Position numbers and translations under genes: made by a program. DNA of 64,000 bases from Octopus sinensis (Eukaryota). The notes below the pieces were generated by a model, which did no database searches, was not told the origin of the DNA, and was given only the letters and a program-made list of their open reading frames with translations. Shown here in pieces: positions 12,690-25,130 of the stretch; within the stretch, counting starts at the first letter, position 1, and each line of letters opens with the position of its first letter. Location of the stretch: NCBI RefSeq assembly GCF_006345805.1, contig NC_043006.1, positions 87,792,001 through 87,856,000 on the forward strand, read 5' to 3'.

Positions 12690-12855
12690 TGAATGCATTG
12701 ACCCCAGTACTCAGCTGGTGCTTATTTTATTGACCCTGAAAAGATGAAAGGCAAGGTTGACTTCAGCGGAATTTGAACTCAGAATGTAAAGATGGACAAA
12801 ATACCACTAAGCATTTTGCTTGGCTTGCTAACAACATGGCCAGCTTGCCACCTTA
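12690..12855 (-). mobile_element. tRNA-derived SINE with Nin/Deu-like central domain
   Basis: Head TGGCAAGCTGGC...GAGTTCAAATTCC (A/B boxes) and body GCCTTTCATCTTTTCAGGGTCAATAAAATAAGCACCAG. Many related copies at 44.6-48.7 kb and 63.4-63.8 kb. Confidence 0.7.
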
Positions 12856-14126
12856 ATAATAATAATAATAATAATGATAATATTGATCTCTGGCATTAGC
12901 ACCAAGTCATACACTTTGATGGAAGGCACAGTTTGTTAAATCAATGTAAGTACTTGAATATTACTTTACTTTATTGACAAAGAAAGGATGAAATGTAAAT
13001 TGATCTAAGTAATATCTGAACTCAAAATTTAAAGGGACCTAGCTGTATACCACAAGGCATTTATGACAAGTTAACCAATCTACTGCACATATGTCAATAA
13101 TGATATAAGACAGTGGTGTTGCACAGAGTACCAGAATATTTATATCTTACAATCTGAAATCAAGTCCTACCAGTGTTATCATTGCCTTTCATTCTGCATA
13201 GAAATCAGTAGCAATAATAATATTTTAATTATATGCAAATACCTTGTATTTTAATGACAAGGTGATGTTTATGGTTTTCCATAAGAATTAACAATTACAA
13301 TGAAGTGGACTGGCATAACTGTATTAAAAAATAATATAATTTTAGTTATTTGTTGCATAGACTTGAAGGCAAAAGTTTTAAAACCAAGAGAATGAGAGAA
13401 GTTGTGTTATTCATCCGTTCTCTGATGCAGTTCCATCTAGGAGTGAAAATCATGTTTCATTAAAAATATACCATTAAACTATAGTAATAATCTAGTTGTT
13501 TTAGTAATTTTAGTCGATTTACTGGTAATAAAATATAGATGTTGCTAACACTACTATCATCATCATCATCATCATCATCAACTTCATCCTTTTAGTGTCC
13601 ACTTTTTCCATGATTGTCTGGACCACATGGAGTTTATCGAGGCAGATTTTTTGTGGCCAGATGCATTTCCTGTTTCCATTTCTCACCTGTTTCCAAGCAA
13701 GATAATATTTCCCTATGATCAGGTACTTTCTTGGAGAATATTGCTTGTATGTCAGTGACACTCATCTTACAACTACTTTGTTTTGTTCATTTGTTTTTTT
13801 TTACAGGAAACAAATCTATAGGTAGTAGAAAAGTGGAAAGAATAATATTCAATGGAACACATTTCTTTGTCTTCAGAGAACACAAAGAGAATGATAATGT
13901 ATTAACCAAGAAACAGAGTGAATACAATCCAAGACTGTCACATTTTCAGCTCCCACACTACAAGACACACACAATGGACAGTTAAAATATGATTTTGGGA
14001 CACAATTATTATCATATGGGTATATAAGTACAGGCATGATTGTATGGATTTCTACTATAGCCTCAGGTTGACCCAATTTCTTGTGAAATTTAATGAACAG
14101 ATATTGTGCACAAACTTATTGTTAAC

Positions 14127-14157
<31 letters not shown>

Positions 14158-14182
14158 TATACATATATACATATATATATAT

Positions 14183-14467
14183 ATCATCATCATCATCGTC
14201 ATCATCGTTTAACGTCCGCTTTCCATGCTGGCATGAGTTGGACGGTTCAACTGGGGTCTGGGAAGCCAGAAGGCTGCACCAGGCCCAGTCTGATCTGGCA
14301 ATGTTTCTACAGCTGGATGTCCTTCCTGACGCCAACAACTCCATGAGTGTAGTGGGTGCTTTTTACGTGCCACCGACACAGGTGCCAGATGAGTCTGGCA
14401 AACGGCCACAATCGGATGGTGCTTTTTACGTGCCACCGGCACAAGGCCTGTCTGGGCGGTGCTGGCA
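14183..14467 (-). mobile_element. RTE LINE 3'UTR-only copy
   Basis: Same sequence as 9155-9512, with a (GAT)n tail and (TA)n on both sides. Confidence 0.85.
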
Positions 14468-14499
<32 letters not shown>

Positions 14500-14515
14500 C
14501 ACTCACACACACATA

Positions 14516-14719
14516 TGAAGGGATGCTGAAAAGTTTCTGGCTTTAGGTAAAAGAATGTTCAGGATTGAATTTATTCAACATATTCCCCTCTCAGACTCAC
14601 ACACTTATTGCAGTGGTATTTCAGTTTTTCTAAGCCCTGTAAAAGAACCCAGAAGGTTGGGCCTCCAGCCAGACCTTTCGTGATACCCTTAAAGCAAAGA
14701 ATTTTTCAGTACCCTCTCG
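14516..14719. mobile_element. Mariner-type MITE
   Basis: TIRs GAAGGGATGCTGAAAAGTTTCTGGCTTTA / TAAAGCAAAGAATTTTTCAGTACCCTCTCG, TA on the left. Second copy at 39215-39426. Confidence 0.75.
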
Positions 14720-14722
14720 TGT

Positions 14723-15942
<1,220 letters not shown>

Positions 15943-16041
15943 AACGGGAAGCTTTATGAAAATAAACAAAAGACGAAGGCAGGTGGAAAACAAACGAACA
16001 ATTGTATTAGTATGGCGCTCAGGAAATATAAATAAAACAAG

Positions 16042-16079
16042 TCTTTAAAGTTTCGAGCCTACGCTCTTCAACAGAAAGA
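16042..16079 (-). ncRNA. Hammerhead-like motif (non-canonical or degenerate) in the PLE 3' terminal repeat
   Basis: UCUUU CUGUUGA A GAGC-GUAG-GCUC GAAA C U U U AAAGA. Stems I and II are intact. The core has U at position 6 and stem III is ACUU rather than ACGU. Confidence 0.55.
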
Positions 16080-16250
16080 TACACAGAGAGAGAAAAACAC
16101 AGAAAGAAGGAGAGAAAAAAAATGCGTGCAGTAGCTAACGAATCAACATGGCGATCTGATTTCGGCCAGAGGTCAAAGATCAAACATGAGACGCGAGAGC
16201 GAAATAAGGGGAGATAATAGGGTTGAAAAACGGGTTGAGGGACCAGCTAA

Positions 16251-16620
16251 TAGTGCGTAGGAGGGGTCTGGATGTGTGTATGTATAGGGTTGGTGTATGT
16301 ATTAGTATGTATAAGGGTGTGTGGTGTGTGTGTGTGTGTGTGTGTGTATGAGAGAGTATTAGTGCGTAGGATTGGTCTGGACGTGCGTATGTATGGGGTT
16401 GGTGTATGTATTAGTATGTATTAGTATGTATTAGTACGTATTGGTATGTATAAGTGTGTGTGTGTGTGTGTATGAGAGAGTATAAGTGCGTATGCGGGGT
16501 CTGGACGTGTGTATGTATAGGGTTGGTGTATGTATTAGTATGTACTAGTATGTATTAGTACGTATTAGTATGTATTAGTTGGTGTGTGTATTAGTATGGC
16601 ACATCATATGTGATGTGATG
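16251..16620. repeat. Three imperfect tandem units of about 110-125 bp with (GT)n/(TATTAGTA) in the PLE 3' region
   Basis: TAGTGCGTAGG..GGTCTGGAyGTG..TATGTAT.GGGTTGGTGTATGTATTAGTATG recurs at about 16251, 16360 and 16485. Confidence 0.85.
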
Positions 16621-16910
16621 TGTAAAGTCATGTGGTGTAGTGAGGAGAAGAGGGGGAGGGGAGAAGAGGGGGAGAGAAGGGGAGGGGAAGAAGAGGGGGA
16701 GGAGAGGGGGGAAGAGGAGGGGATGGGGAAGGAGGGGGATGAAGGAGGAAAGAGGGAGAGGGGGAGAGAGAGAAGGGGAGAGAGGGAGTGAGGGAAGGGG
16801 AAGAGGGAGAGAGAAAGAGGGAAGAAGGGAAGGGGAGTAGGGGTGAAAGGATGAAGGACTGAAGAAGTAGGGGTCGGGGGGAAGGATAGGTGAGGAGGGG
16901 GAGAGGGGGG

Positions 16911-19310
16911 TTAGATGAGGAGGGGGGGAGAGTTGAGACCAAATGGCGTATAAGAGCGAAGAGAGAAGATTAATTCCTGTTCACGGCGCAAACGGGAATC
17001 CGGATGGCCTCTGTGTAAGGACAAACCGAACACAGATAGGTGTTGCAAGGAGTGACCGGTGGAGCGGAAATGGCGTGAGACCGGTGTGTCGTTCGCAAGG
17101 TGGATGTCACGAAGGTGTTCCGCGAACCGGTCAGCCAAGCGGCGTCCCGTTTGTCCGATGTACAAGGAATTGCAGAGAGAGCAAGAGATGCAATAGATAA
17201 TATTGCTGGAGGTGCAGGTGAAGGAGTGGCTGATGGGATAGGGTCGATGGTGGGTGCTAGTGAGGCGGGTGGTGTTGGAGAGGTAAGGGCAAGTACGGCA
17301 ACGTGGGCGGGAGCAGAGGAACGAGCCGGGTTGGGAGGTAGGGTCAGGGAAGGAGCTATGGACCAAAAGGTCTCGAAGGTTGTGGGCTCGTTTGAAAGAG
17401 GGGAGGGGTCGGTTAGGGAAGAGGTGTGAAGTGGACGGGTCGGACTGGAGATGACGGAAAGCTCGAAGAATGGTGCGTTGGAGATGTAGGGTCGTGGGGT
17501 GGTAAGTGAGGGGAAAAGGGAGGCGGGAGACTACAGGGCGGGTTCGGGGAGAGAGAGCAGATACACGGTCCACGGACCGTGCTCTGGCAAGGGCGGTGTG
17601 GATAGTGGTGAGGGGGTATCCACGTAGGGTGAAGTGGTGAGCCATACGTTGAGACTGAGTCTCAAAGTCATGGTCGTCACTACAGAGCCTACGTAGACGG
17701 AGGAATTGGGAATAGGGGATGGAAAGCTTGGTGTGTTCTGGGTGGGAGGAAGAGAAGTTGAGGTATGAGTGTGAGTCTGTGTGTTTGTAGTGAATGGAGG
17801 TGGTAAGAGTGGAGTGAAGAATGCTAACCGAAATGTCGAGGAAGGAGACAGAGGTGTTGGAGATAGTGGAAGTGAAGTGGAGGGCTGGATGGAAAGATTG
17901 GACGAAAGAGAGGAAGGAATCTAGATGTTCGCGGGAGAGTGAGGTGGCACCGATAATGTCGTCAATGTAACGACCATATAGTTCAGGAGTGGGACCAGTG
18001 AAATTAGAGAATATTTGGGCCTCAACATAGCCAACGAACAGGTTCGCATAGTTGGGGCCCATTCGCGTTCCCATGGCCACTCCCGAGACCTGATGGTAGA
18101 ACTCGCCCGCGAACGAGAAGCAGTTCAGAGTAAGGACAAGTTCGGCCAGACGAACGAGTGTGGAGGTGTCAGGTACAGGGTTAGAGTGGAGGTCAAGAAA
18201 GTGTCGAAGGGCCTGCAGTCCTTCGTGGTGAGGGATAACAGTATAGAGGCTTTGGATGTCCATAGTAAAAAGGATTTTGGAGGAGCCGGGAGGAAAGGAG
18301 AAAGAGTTGAAAAGCCAGAGAGCATGGTTGGTATCGTGGATGTGGGAGGGAAGAGATGCCACTAGGGGTGCAAGGACACGGTCGAGGTATTTAGAGATGA
18401 GCTCCGTGGGGCAGTTACAGGCGGAGACGATGGGGCGGCCAGGGTTGTTGGGTTTGTGGATTTTGGGGAGGAAGTAAATGGTGGGGGTACGTGGGGTTCG
18501 CACAATTAGGTTGGATGCGGTGCGGGGGAGACGGGAGGACGAGATGAGGTCTTGGACAGTAGAGGATACCGTCTGTTGGTAGCTACGTGTGGGGTTAGAG
18601 GGCAGAGGGGAATAGAAGGAGGTGTCATTGAGTTGGCGGAAAGCCTCGGCCCTATAGAGGTCCGCGCGCCACACCACTACAGCTCCACCCTTGTCAGCCG
18701 GTTTGATGATAATGTCAGCGCGCCGTTGGAGGGAACGAAGAGCTAAGAGCTCAGCCGGGGAGATGCTGAGGCGGCGTTGGCGCCTGGAGAAGTTGAACCG
18801 CTCCAATGCACGCTGACAAGCGCCCGCGAAAAGATCCACTGCTAGGATCTGGCCAGGGACAGGCGTCCACGGGGATGGTCGGCGGCCCAGGCCAGTGAAG
18901 CAGTCCTCTTCGTTGGGTGTGGGTGGCGAGTCGTGGTAATGCGCACCCAACCGGACACGGCGCACAAAGCTGTGGACATCAACTCGCGTCTGGAATTCCT
19001 TACAGGATGGAGTGAGGGGGATGAAACGCAGACCCCTACCAAGGACGGAGCGTTCAGCCGCAGAGAGGGGAAGATCGGGGGGAATGGTAACAACAGACGG
19101 AAGTGGAGAAGGGGTTGGTGGAATAGAAGTAGGAGGGGTGGTAGGTCTCGTGGAGGTCTGAGAGGGAGGGATTGGGGAGGTGTGTGTGGGGTGGTTGGGC
19201 GGGGCAGTAGGGTTAGGTGTAGGTGGATGGAGCCTAACGGGAGGGGAGAAGGGGTTGTAGGGAGGGGCAGTGGGGTTAGGTGTGGGTGGATGGAGCCTAT
19301 CGGGAGGGGA
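16911..19310 (-). CDS. PLE reverse transcriptase plus GIY-YIG endonuclease (frame open for about 800 codons, no ATG; ORF track starts at GTG 18965)
   Basis: RT motifs: [13 protein letters not shown] (upstream of the called start), [66 protein letters not shown]. Linker CSRPRCRTC. Endonuclease [30 protein letters not shown]. Confidence 0.92.
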   Translation of the reverse strand, partial: SPPDRLHPPTPNPTAPPYNPFSPPVRLHPPTPNPTAPPNHPTHTSPIPPSQTSTRPTTPPTSIPPTPSPLPSVVTIPPDLPLSAAERSVLGRGLRFIPLTPSCKEFQTRVDVHSFVRRVRLGAHYHDSPPTPNEEDCFTGLGRRPSPWTPVPGQILAVDLFAGACQRALERFNFSRRQRRLSISPAELLALRSLQRRADIIIKPADKGGAVVVWRADLYRAEAFRQLNDTSFYSPLPSNPTRSYQQTVSSTVQDLISSSRLPRTASNLIVRTPRTPTIYFLPKIHKPNNPGRPIVSACNCPTELISKYLDRVLAPLVASLPSHIHDTNHALWLFNSFSFPPGSSKILFTMDIQSLYTVIPHHEGLQALRHFLDLHSNPVPDTSTLVRLAELVLTLNCFSFAGEFYHQVSGVAMGTRMGPNYANLFVGYVEAQIFSNFTGPTPELYGRYIDDIIGATSLSREHLDSFLSFVQSFHPALHFTSTISNTSVSFLDISVSILHSTLTTSIHYKHTDSHSYLNFSSSHPEHTKLSIPYSQFLRLRRLCSDDHDFETQSQRMAHHFTLRGYPLTTIHTALARARSVDRVSALSPRTRPVVSRLPFPLTYHPTTLHLQRTILRAFRHLQSDPSTSHLFPNRPLPSFKRAHNLRDLLVHSSFPDPTSQPGSFLCSRPRCRTCPYLSNTTRLTSTHHRPYPISHSFTCTSSNIIYCISCSLCNSLYIGQTGRRLADRFAEHLRDIHLANDTPVSRHFRSTGHSLQHLSVFGLSLHRGHPDSRLRREQELIFSLRSYTPFGLNSPPLLI

Positions 19311-19311
19311 A

Positions 19312-19312
19312 C

Positions 19313-19363
<51 letters not shown>

Positions 19364-19397
19364 ATATACATATATATACATATATATATACATATAT

Positions 19398-19443
<46 letters not shown>

Positions 19444-19447
19444 TATG

Positions 19448-19478
<31 letters not shown>

Positions 19479-19540
19479 TATTATATATATATATACACAT
19501 ATATATATATATATATATACACATATATATATATATACAC

Positions 19541-19608
<68 letters not shown>

Positions 19609-19644
19609 CATATATATATATTATACATATATATATATATATAC

Positions 19645-19689
<45 letters not shown>

Positions 19690-19698
19690 TATATACAC

Positions 19699-19769
<71 letters not shown>

Positions 19770-19797
19770 CATATATATATATATACACACATATATT
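19312..19797. repeat. (TA)n microsatellite
   Basis: Direct reading. Confidence 0.97.
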
Positions 19798-19921
19798 TAT
19801 TGGGTCATTTTGTTAAAGTTATTTCTCCAGATGTTCTATAGAACTTATAGCCAGTACTATTTTTTAGATACGTTTCGTATTGAGACATCAGATATAAAGA
19901 GACAATGTGATAGAAGACAAA

Positions 19922-19991
19922 AGTGGGTAATTAGTGTATATGCCATATTTGGGTGTTTGTTGCCCCTTCTTCAGCATTCATCTAACCCACT
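19922..19991 (-). ncRNA. Degenerate hammerhead copy (left arm of the fold-back)
   Basis: CUGAAGA A GGGG CAACAAA CACC CAAA UAUGGCAUAUA. G12 of GAAA is lost. The distal stem I AGUGGGU/ACCCACU is intact. Confidence 0.5.
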
Positions 19992-20090
19992 ATTGCCTTT
20001 GAACACATTGCTTATATAGCCACCGCAATAACTTAACACCGCTGTATGCGGTGGCTATATAAGGATATAAGGAATGTGTTCAGAGGCAAC

Positions 20091-20160
20091 AGTAGATTAG
20101 ATGAATGCTGAAGAAGGGGTAACAAACCCCGAAATATGGCATATACACTCATTACCCACT
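20091..20160 (+). ncRNA. Type-I hammerhead ribozyme motif (right arm of the fold-back)
   Basis: AUGAAUG CUGAAGA A GGGG-UAACAAA-CCCC GAAA UAU-GGC-AUA U A CACUCAU. Intact core, 4-bp stem II, 4-bp stem III, AUA triplet, predicted cut after 20145. Confidence 0.72.
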
Positions 20161-20425
20161 TTTGTCTTCTATCACATTGTCTGTTTACATTTGACGTCTC
20201 AATACAAAATGTAGCAAAAATCAATGCTGGCTATAATTCCTATAGAATATCTGTAGAAATAACCTTAACAAAATAATGTAATAGCACTGCTGAAGCAATA
20301 GAATGTGGTACTGACTTATGAAAATATTAGTATACCTTATAGTATGTGTTTATACCTTATACCTTATACCTTATAGTATTGTGTTTATGTAACAAAATGC
20401 CACATACTTACAAATCTTTAATATA

Positions 20426-21702
20426 TTGGGTCATCCCATAAATAATGTGGTATTTTTATAATTCTTTTATTTTTCAAAATTAAGATAAACAAAGTTATTT
20501 TTTAATCTAAAATATACCCTTTTTCATTTCCTACAATGCTCTTTCATCTACCTGGTAGACTTGCAAGGCCCTCTTCCAAAATTCACTTGTCCATGACAAA
20601 AAATACTCCTCCAGTACTGTTCCGACCTTGTCTACAGAATTCATATTTTTTCCGTCCAAATGATTTTGAACACTGCAGAATAAATGATAATCAGATGGGC
20701 CAATGTCTGGCAAATATGGTGGGTGGGGCATCGTTTCCCACTCAAACTGCTCTAGCCTTTGGAATGTCATCTTCACTGTATGTGACTGAGCATTATCCTG
20801 ATGGAGGAACACCTTTCATCTTGAAACCAAAGATGGTCATTTTCGTCTTGAAACCAAAGATGGTAATTTTCTTCTAGCACTGACTTAAGCCACTCAAGCT
20901 ACTCCCAGCAGATCTCTTTTGTTATCGTTTGGTTTGGATTTAAAAGTTCAAAGTGGACTAAACCTTTCATATCCCACTAAACAGATAATAACACCTTACA
21001 TGTTTCTCCTTTCTCTGTCCACTGTCTTCAGCGCTTGACATTTTTATAGAGAATCAATTTCTTGTCACCAGTCTCTATTGGGTCCAAAAAAGGTTCATTT
21101 GTGAGACATGACAACGAAGAAGAACACATATTCACTCACTGCACACGATTAGACTCAGAAAGTTTATGAGGAACCCATTGACCCAATTTGCTGACCTTTC
21201 TGATGGCACACAGATGTCAATGAATGGTTGAATGACCAAATCCAAGCTTCTCTGCTAGTTCCTCAACAGTTATGATGGGATTTTGTTTCACCAGGGTTTG
21301 CAGGACATCCTCCTTGAGCTCTACAGATCTTCCAGGATGAGGGTCATCTTCTAGGCTGTAGTTTCTGGCTTGGAATTTCTGGAACCACCGTTGACATTGG
21401 CTTATTGTCCAATCCCATATACTGCATTAATATTCCTTGCACTTTCCGTTGCGTTGTTGTCTTTATTGAACTCATAAAGCAAAAGATGCCGAATATGCTC
21501 CTTTGTCACTTTCATTATAGCTTTGAAAAAAATAATTGTTAAAATCGTACTACACTCTTCAAAACTTGCACTAAGAATAAATATAAGGTAAAATTACTAC
21601 CTGTTTTTATAGCAAGTTGATGCAGGTAGTTTATCCTGTCCCTCCCACTTCAACTTTTAGTTCATGCAATTGAAAAATTGCATTATTTATGGGATGACTC
21701 AA
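20426..21702 (-). mobile_element. Mariner (DD34D) transposon, both ends present, degenerate transposase
   Basis: 22-bp TIRs TTGGGTCATCCCATAAATAATG / CATTATTTATGGGATGACTCAA with TA TSD. ATG at 21515 (MKVTKEHIRHLLLYEFNK). C-terminal FLHQDNA...HPPYLPDIGPSDYHLF. Confidence 0.92.
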
Positions 21703-24319
21703 TACACACACATATACATATACGCACATATATATGTTTATGACTGTTTGATAAGAGCTGCATCAGGTTCTACTGTCTCCTTTGTCATCGGTTCTATAGC
21801 TAGATAACTTTCCTAACATCAGCCACTTTAGAAAATGTACCAGGTGCTTTTTACATAACACAGGCATTAGCAAGGCCACCAAGCAATTAGCAAGACAAGA
21901 ATCTCTCAAATGAGAGGTGGGGTAGTAGTGAGGGAGATGGCTTAATGCCAGATATTGGGAGGTTAGAGTGTGATAGAGGGAAAGAAAGCAGTGTCTTCCT
22001 CTACAGAAGATTTATGGTTAATTCAGCCAGATGAGAGAGAAAGAAAAAAAGAGAGAGGGGGAAGAGGGAGAGAGAGATGATGATGGTGAAGATGTCAGGG
22101 CATATTCTCAAAATACAGGGAGGTGAATGTAAATGAAGTGGTACAGAAGATTGGACAGAATGAGGGACTTCAAAAGCATGCAAAAGAAGAGTAGAAAATA
22201 GAAGGGAGGCAAAGAGGAATTGCAGTGAGTGGTGAACACGAGTATATAGAAGGGAGGCAAAGAGGAATTGCAGTGAGTGGTGAACACGAGTATATAGAGG
22301 AGATGCAGGATGGCAATGCACCTGCTCTATATATTTGGGAAGGTGGAAACAGGAGAGAAAGATGACACAGTGGCACTGGACTGCAGGAGCAATGGGGAAT
22401 GAGAGACAAGCATAAGTAGTAGTAGTATGACTGTGTAATTAAGAAATTTACTTCTCAATCATTTAAATTTTAATTTCAAATTCTATGCATGATAGCTTGG
22501 GCATGTATTTTCTACTAAAGCCCTGGGTCAACCATTGCCTTCTGATGGAATTTGGCTGATGAAAACTGAAGGAAGCACACCATATGTGTGCATGTGTATG
22601 TGTGTTATGTATGAATGTTTAGAATCTGCATTAAGTTATAAATGGTGACATCCTCATTTGTAGGGGAATTGCAAACTGTTATGCCATTGTTTATTGTTGG
22701 GCAGAAACTGGTGATGTTTGTTGATGTTCTTTGTCAACAAACCACCTCCTAGCTCTGCATTTTAAAGTTTCTCTAAAGTAAAATGTTCTTTACTTGAAAA
22801 TTCAGTAATTGTTGGTTACAGGGTATTTAGCCATAAAACTCTTACCCCCAAGTACTTCCCATTCTGACCCATGCTATCATTGAAAGCACTTATAAATGCA
22901 TTTATAAATGTGTGTGTAAGTATATGTGTGTATATACATATATGTACATATATATATATGTATGTGTGTTTGTGAATATGTTCATATATATGTGTGTGTA
23001 TATATTTCATCAATTTATATTACCAATGTGTTAAAACATCAGCAAGAGAAACCAAAACGAGTTCCATTTGCATGAAGTCCCTTGCAATACTTTTTCTATT
23101 CCGCATTACAGATGCTCCCTTAGTCCTTATGACTATCACCAATGCAGTAAACTGGTTCCATTATGAATCTGGAACCAGTGACATGTTTTTTTTCCAACAA
23201 TTATGATGTATATAATACATATAATAGATAAAACATTCATTACAAAGATCTGATATGTAATGAAAAGGTAAGCTATGTAACACCATAAGGCAGCTGATGA
23301 TACTGATTGTGATTATGATTTTAATTAATACACTTAAATTCCTAATGAAACCAATACATACATGCACAAAATTAAAATAAAATCTTTCAGTAAATGTCAT
23401 TAAAATAAATGATCAAAGTTTTGCAAAGTTCTATTATCTTCGAAAATAAAATGGAAGGAAACAAAAATTATAAAAGCTAAAAAGTAAAGAATGATAAACA
23501 TTCTAAGAATGATTTATCTCTATAGGTGTGAGGAATTTTTAAATTGTCCAAGTTGATTGTGTTCAATTTAAAAACATGCAATGTCGAAATCATTCCATGC
23601 CAATAATAGATTCTGATAATGGTTCATGGTGTCATTATAGTATATATACTTATCTGAAATATATGCATGCGTGTGTGTGTGTTTAGTGAGTACTAGACTA
23701 TGTTATTAAATGTAAATGTGAGGATTTGTGTATGTGAAGGGGATTTGTGTAAGTGAGTAACTGAATACGCATATACATATGTAAAAGTATGTATGTATAA
23801 TGTGTAAGAGGAAAGAATGAAATAAAGTCAGTAGAAGTTTTGTCAATGGATCCATGTATACATGAATATATAAATTTATATGTGCATAAAAGACTATGTA
23901 TATGTGAATGAATTCATTGCCTATATATGTATGTTTGCATGGGCCTATATATGTATGTTTGATGTATATGTGTGTATATGTATATGCATTTATGTTTTGT
24001 GTGCGTGTATGAGTTGGTGCAAATAGAGGGTGATATTTAATTTTGCTTTTTGCTATAGCAAAAAAAAAAAAGAAAAAAAAGACAGTTCATTAGCAAGTTT
24101 TACATCAGTATGACATTTAGTAGAGCTTTTAAAGAAAAGCTACTGAAACCAGAACAATAGAGCCACAGAATTTTTACTTCTTGCTGCCTCACTTCTTCTT
24201 CAGTGATATTTTGTTATCTGTAGAATGACCCATTGTGGAATTTGGCCTCTATCAGCCATACTATTCAAAACTATGGTGCAGCTATAGTTATCCAGACACT
24301 AGTGGATACTTCAAGTCTA

Positions 24320-25130
24320 TTTTTATTTTTGTTTAATTACGTTTTGTGGGGGCTGAGAGTGTTGTGTAAGAGCGGGGAGATTTTGTGATTGAAGATGAAA
24401 AGTGGGGGGGAAACAAGACAGAAAAAAAATACGAAAATGAGCAAGAGAGAGATAAAGACAATACAGGAAGAAGTAAACAAAACAAAATAGAGAAAAAAGA
24501 AGAGAGAAAGAGAGAGAGAGGTGGGAAAAAAAGAGAAAACTAAGAGAGAAAGAATAAGTGAAGAGTAGGTGAAAAAGAAAATAAGAGGGAATAAGATAGA
24601 AGGAAAAGAAAGGGAAATAATAATGGGAATGGAGCAAGTGAGGAAGGGGCAAAGTAAAGGAACAATAAGAGAAAAAGGGAAAGACAAAGAGAGAGAGAGA
24701 GTAAAGGAAGAGAAACAATAAAAGAGGTAGAGAAGGAGAGAGGGAAAAAAAGAAGAGCAATAAGCTATAAAGAGAGTAAGATAGTGAAAAAGAAAAAATT
24801 AAACTGATTAGATAAAAGTGTAGAATAGAAATCAAGATGGAAGAGAACGAAAGTGAGAAACAAAAAGAAGAGAGAAGGAAAAGTGTGAGGTGGGGGAAAA
24901 AGAAAGAAAATGAAAGAGTAATAAATTTATAATTCAGCAAGTGAAAATGTGTAAGGGAAGGATTGTTGCTATAACTGGCAGTCATTGGTTTAGTGAATTT
25001 AATGGCAGAGGCACTTGTAGCTAGAACATGTAAGGAGGTGTGGAAGAGAGATGTCCATTGGTAACTTCGAAAAAGCATAGAAAAGAAGTGAATGAAAGAA
25101 AGAGAACTAAAAGAAAAAGACTACAATGAT
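24320..25130. repeat. Purine-rich (AG/AAG) low-complexity tract
   Basis: Direct reading. It produces the F/L/S-rich spurious ORF 24323-25078. Confidence 0.85.

Larger units (their letters stand above)
15943..19311 (-). mobile_element. Penelope-like retroelement (Neptune-like), 5'-truncated, inserted in (TA)n
   Basis: RT plus C-terminal GIY-YIG ORF, then a pyrimidine-rich and tandem-repeat 3' region and a terminal pLTR-like segment with a hammerhead motif. (TA)n lies on both flanks. Confidence 0.93.
19807..20274. repeat. 468-bp fold-back (two arms of about 220 bp, loop about 20028-20046)
   Basis: For example CTTATATAGCCACCGCA / TGCGGTGGCTATATAAG at the centre and GACAATGTGATAGAAGACAAAAGTGGGTAA / TTACCCACTTTTGTCTTCTATCACATTGTC in the arms. 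Confidence 0.93.

Noticed and set aside
17100-19364. Plus-strand ORFs overlapping the PLE
   Set aside because: Antisense shadows of a GC-rich coding frame, with no motifs.
19866-19892. Second hammerhead-like string CUGAUG-UCUCAAUAC-GAAACGUA in the fold-back left arm
   Set aside because: A9 is missing, there is no convincing stem II or stem I, and the sister arm lacks both CUGA and GAAA.
22200-22296. 48-bp exact tandem duplication (also ~45-bp direct repeats at 12536-12676 and a ~28-bp duplication at 20817-20872)
   Set aside because: Ordinary local slippage duplications in non-coding or dead-TE sequence.
24323-25078. 251-aa hydrophobic ORF resembling a membrane protein
   Set aside because: It is the reverse complement of an AG-rich low-complexity tract and shows no family motif.
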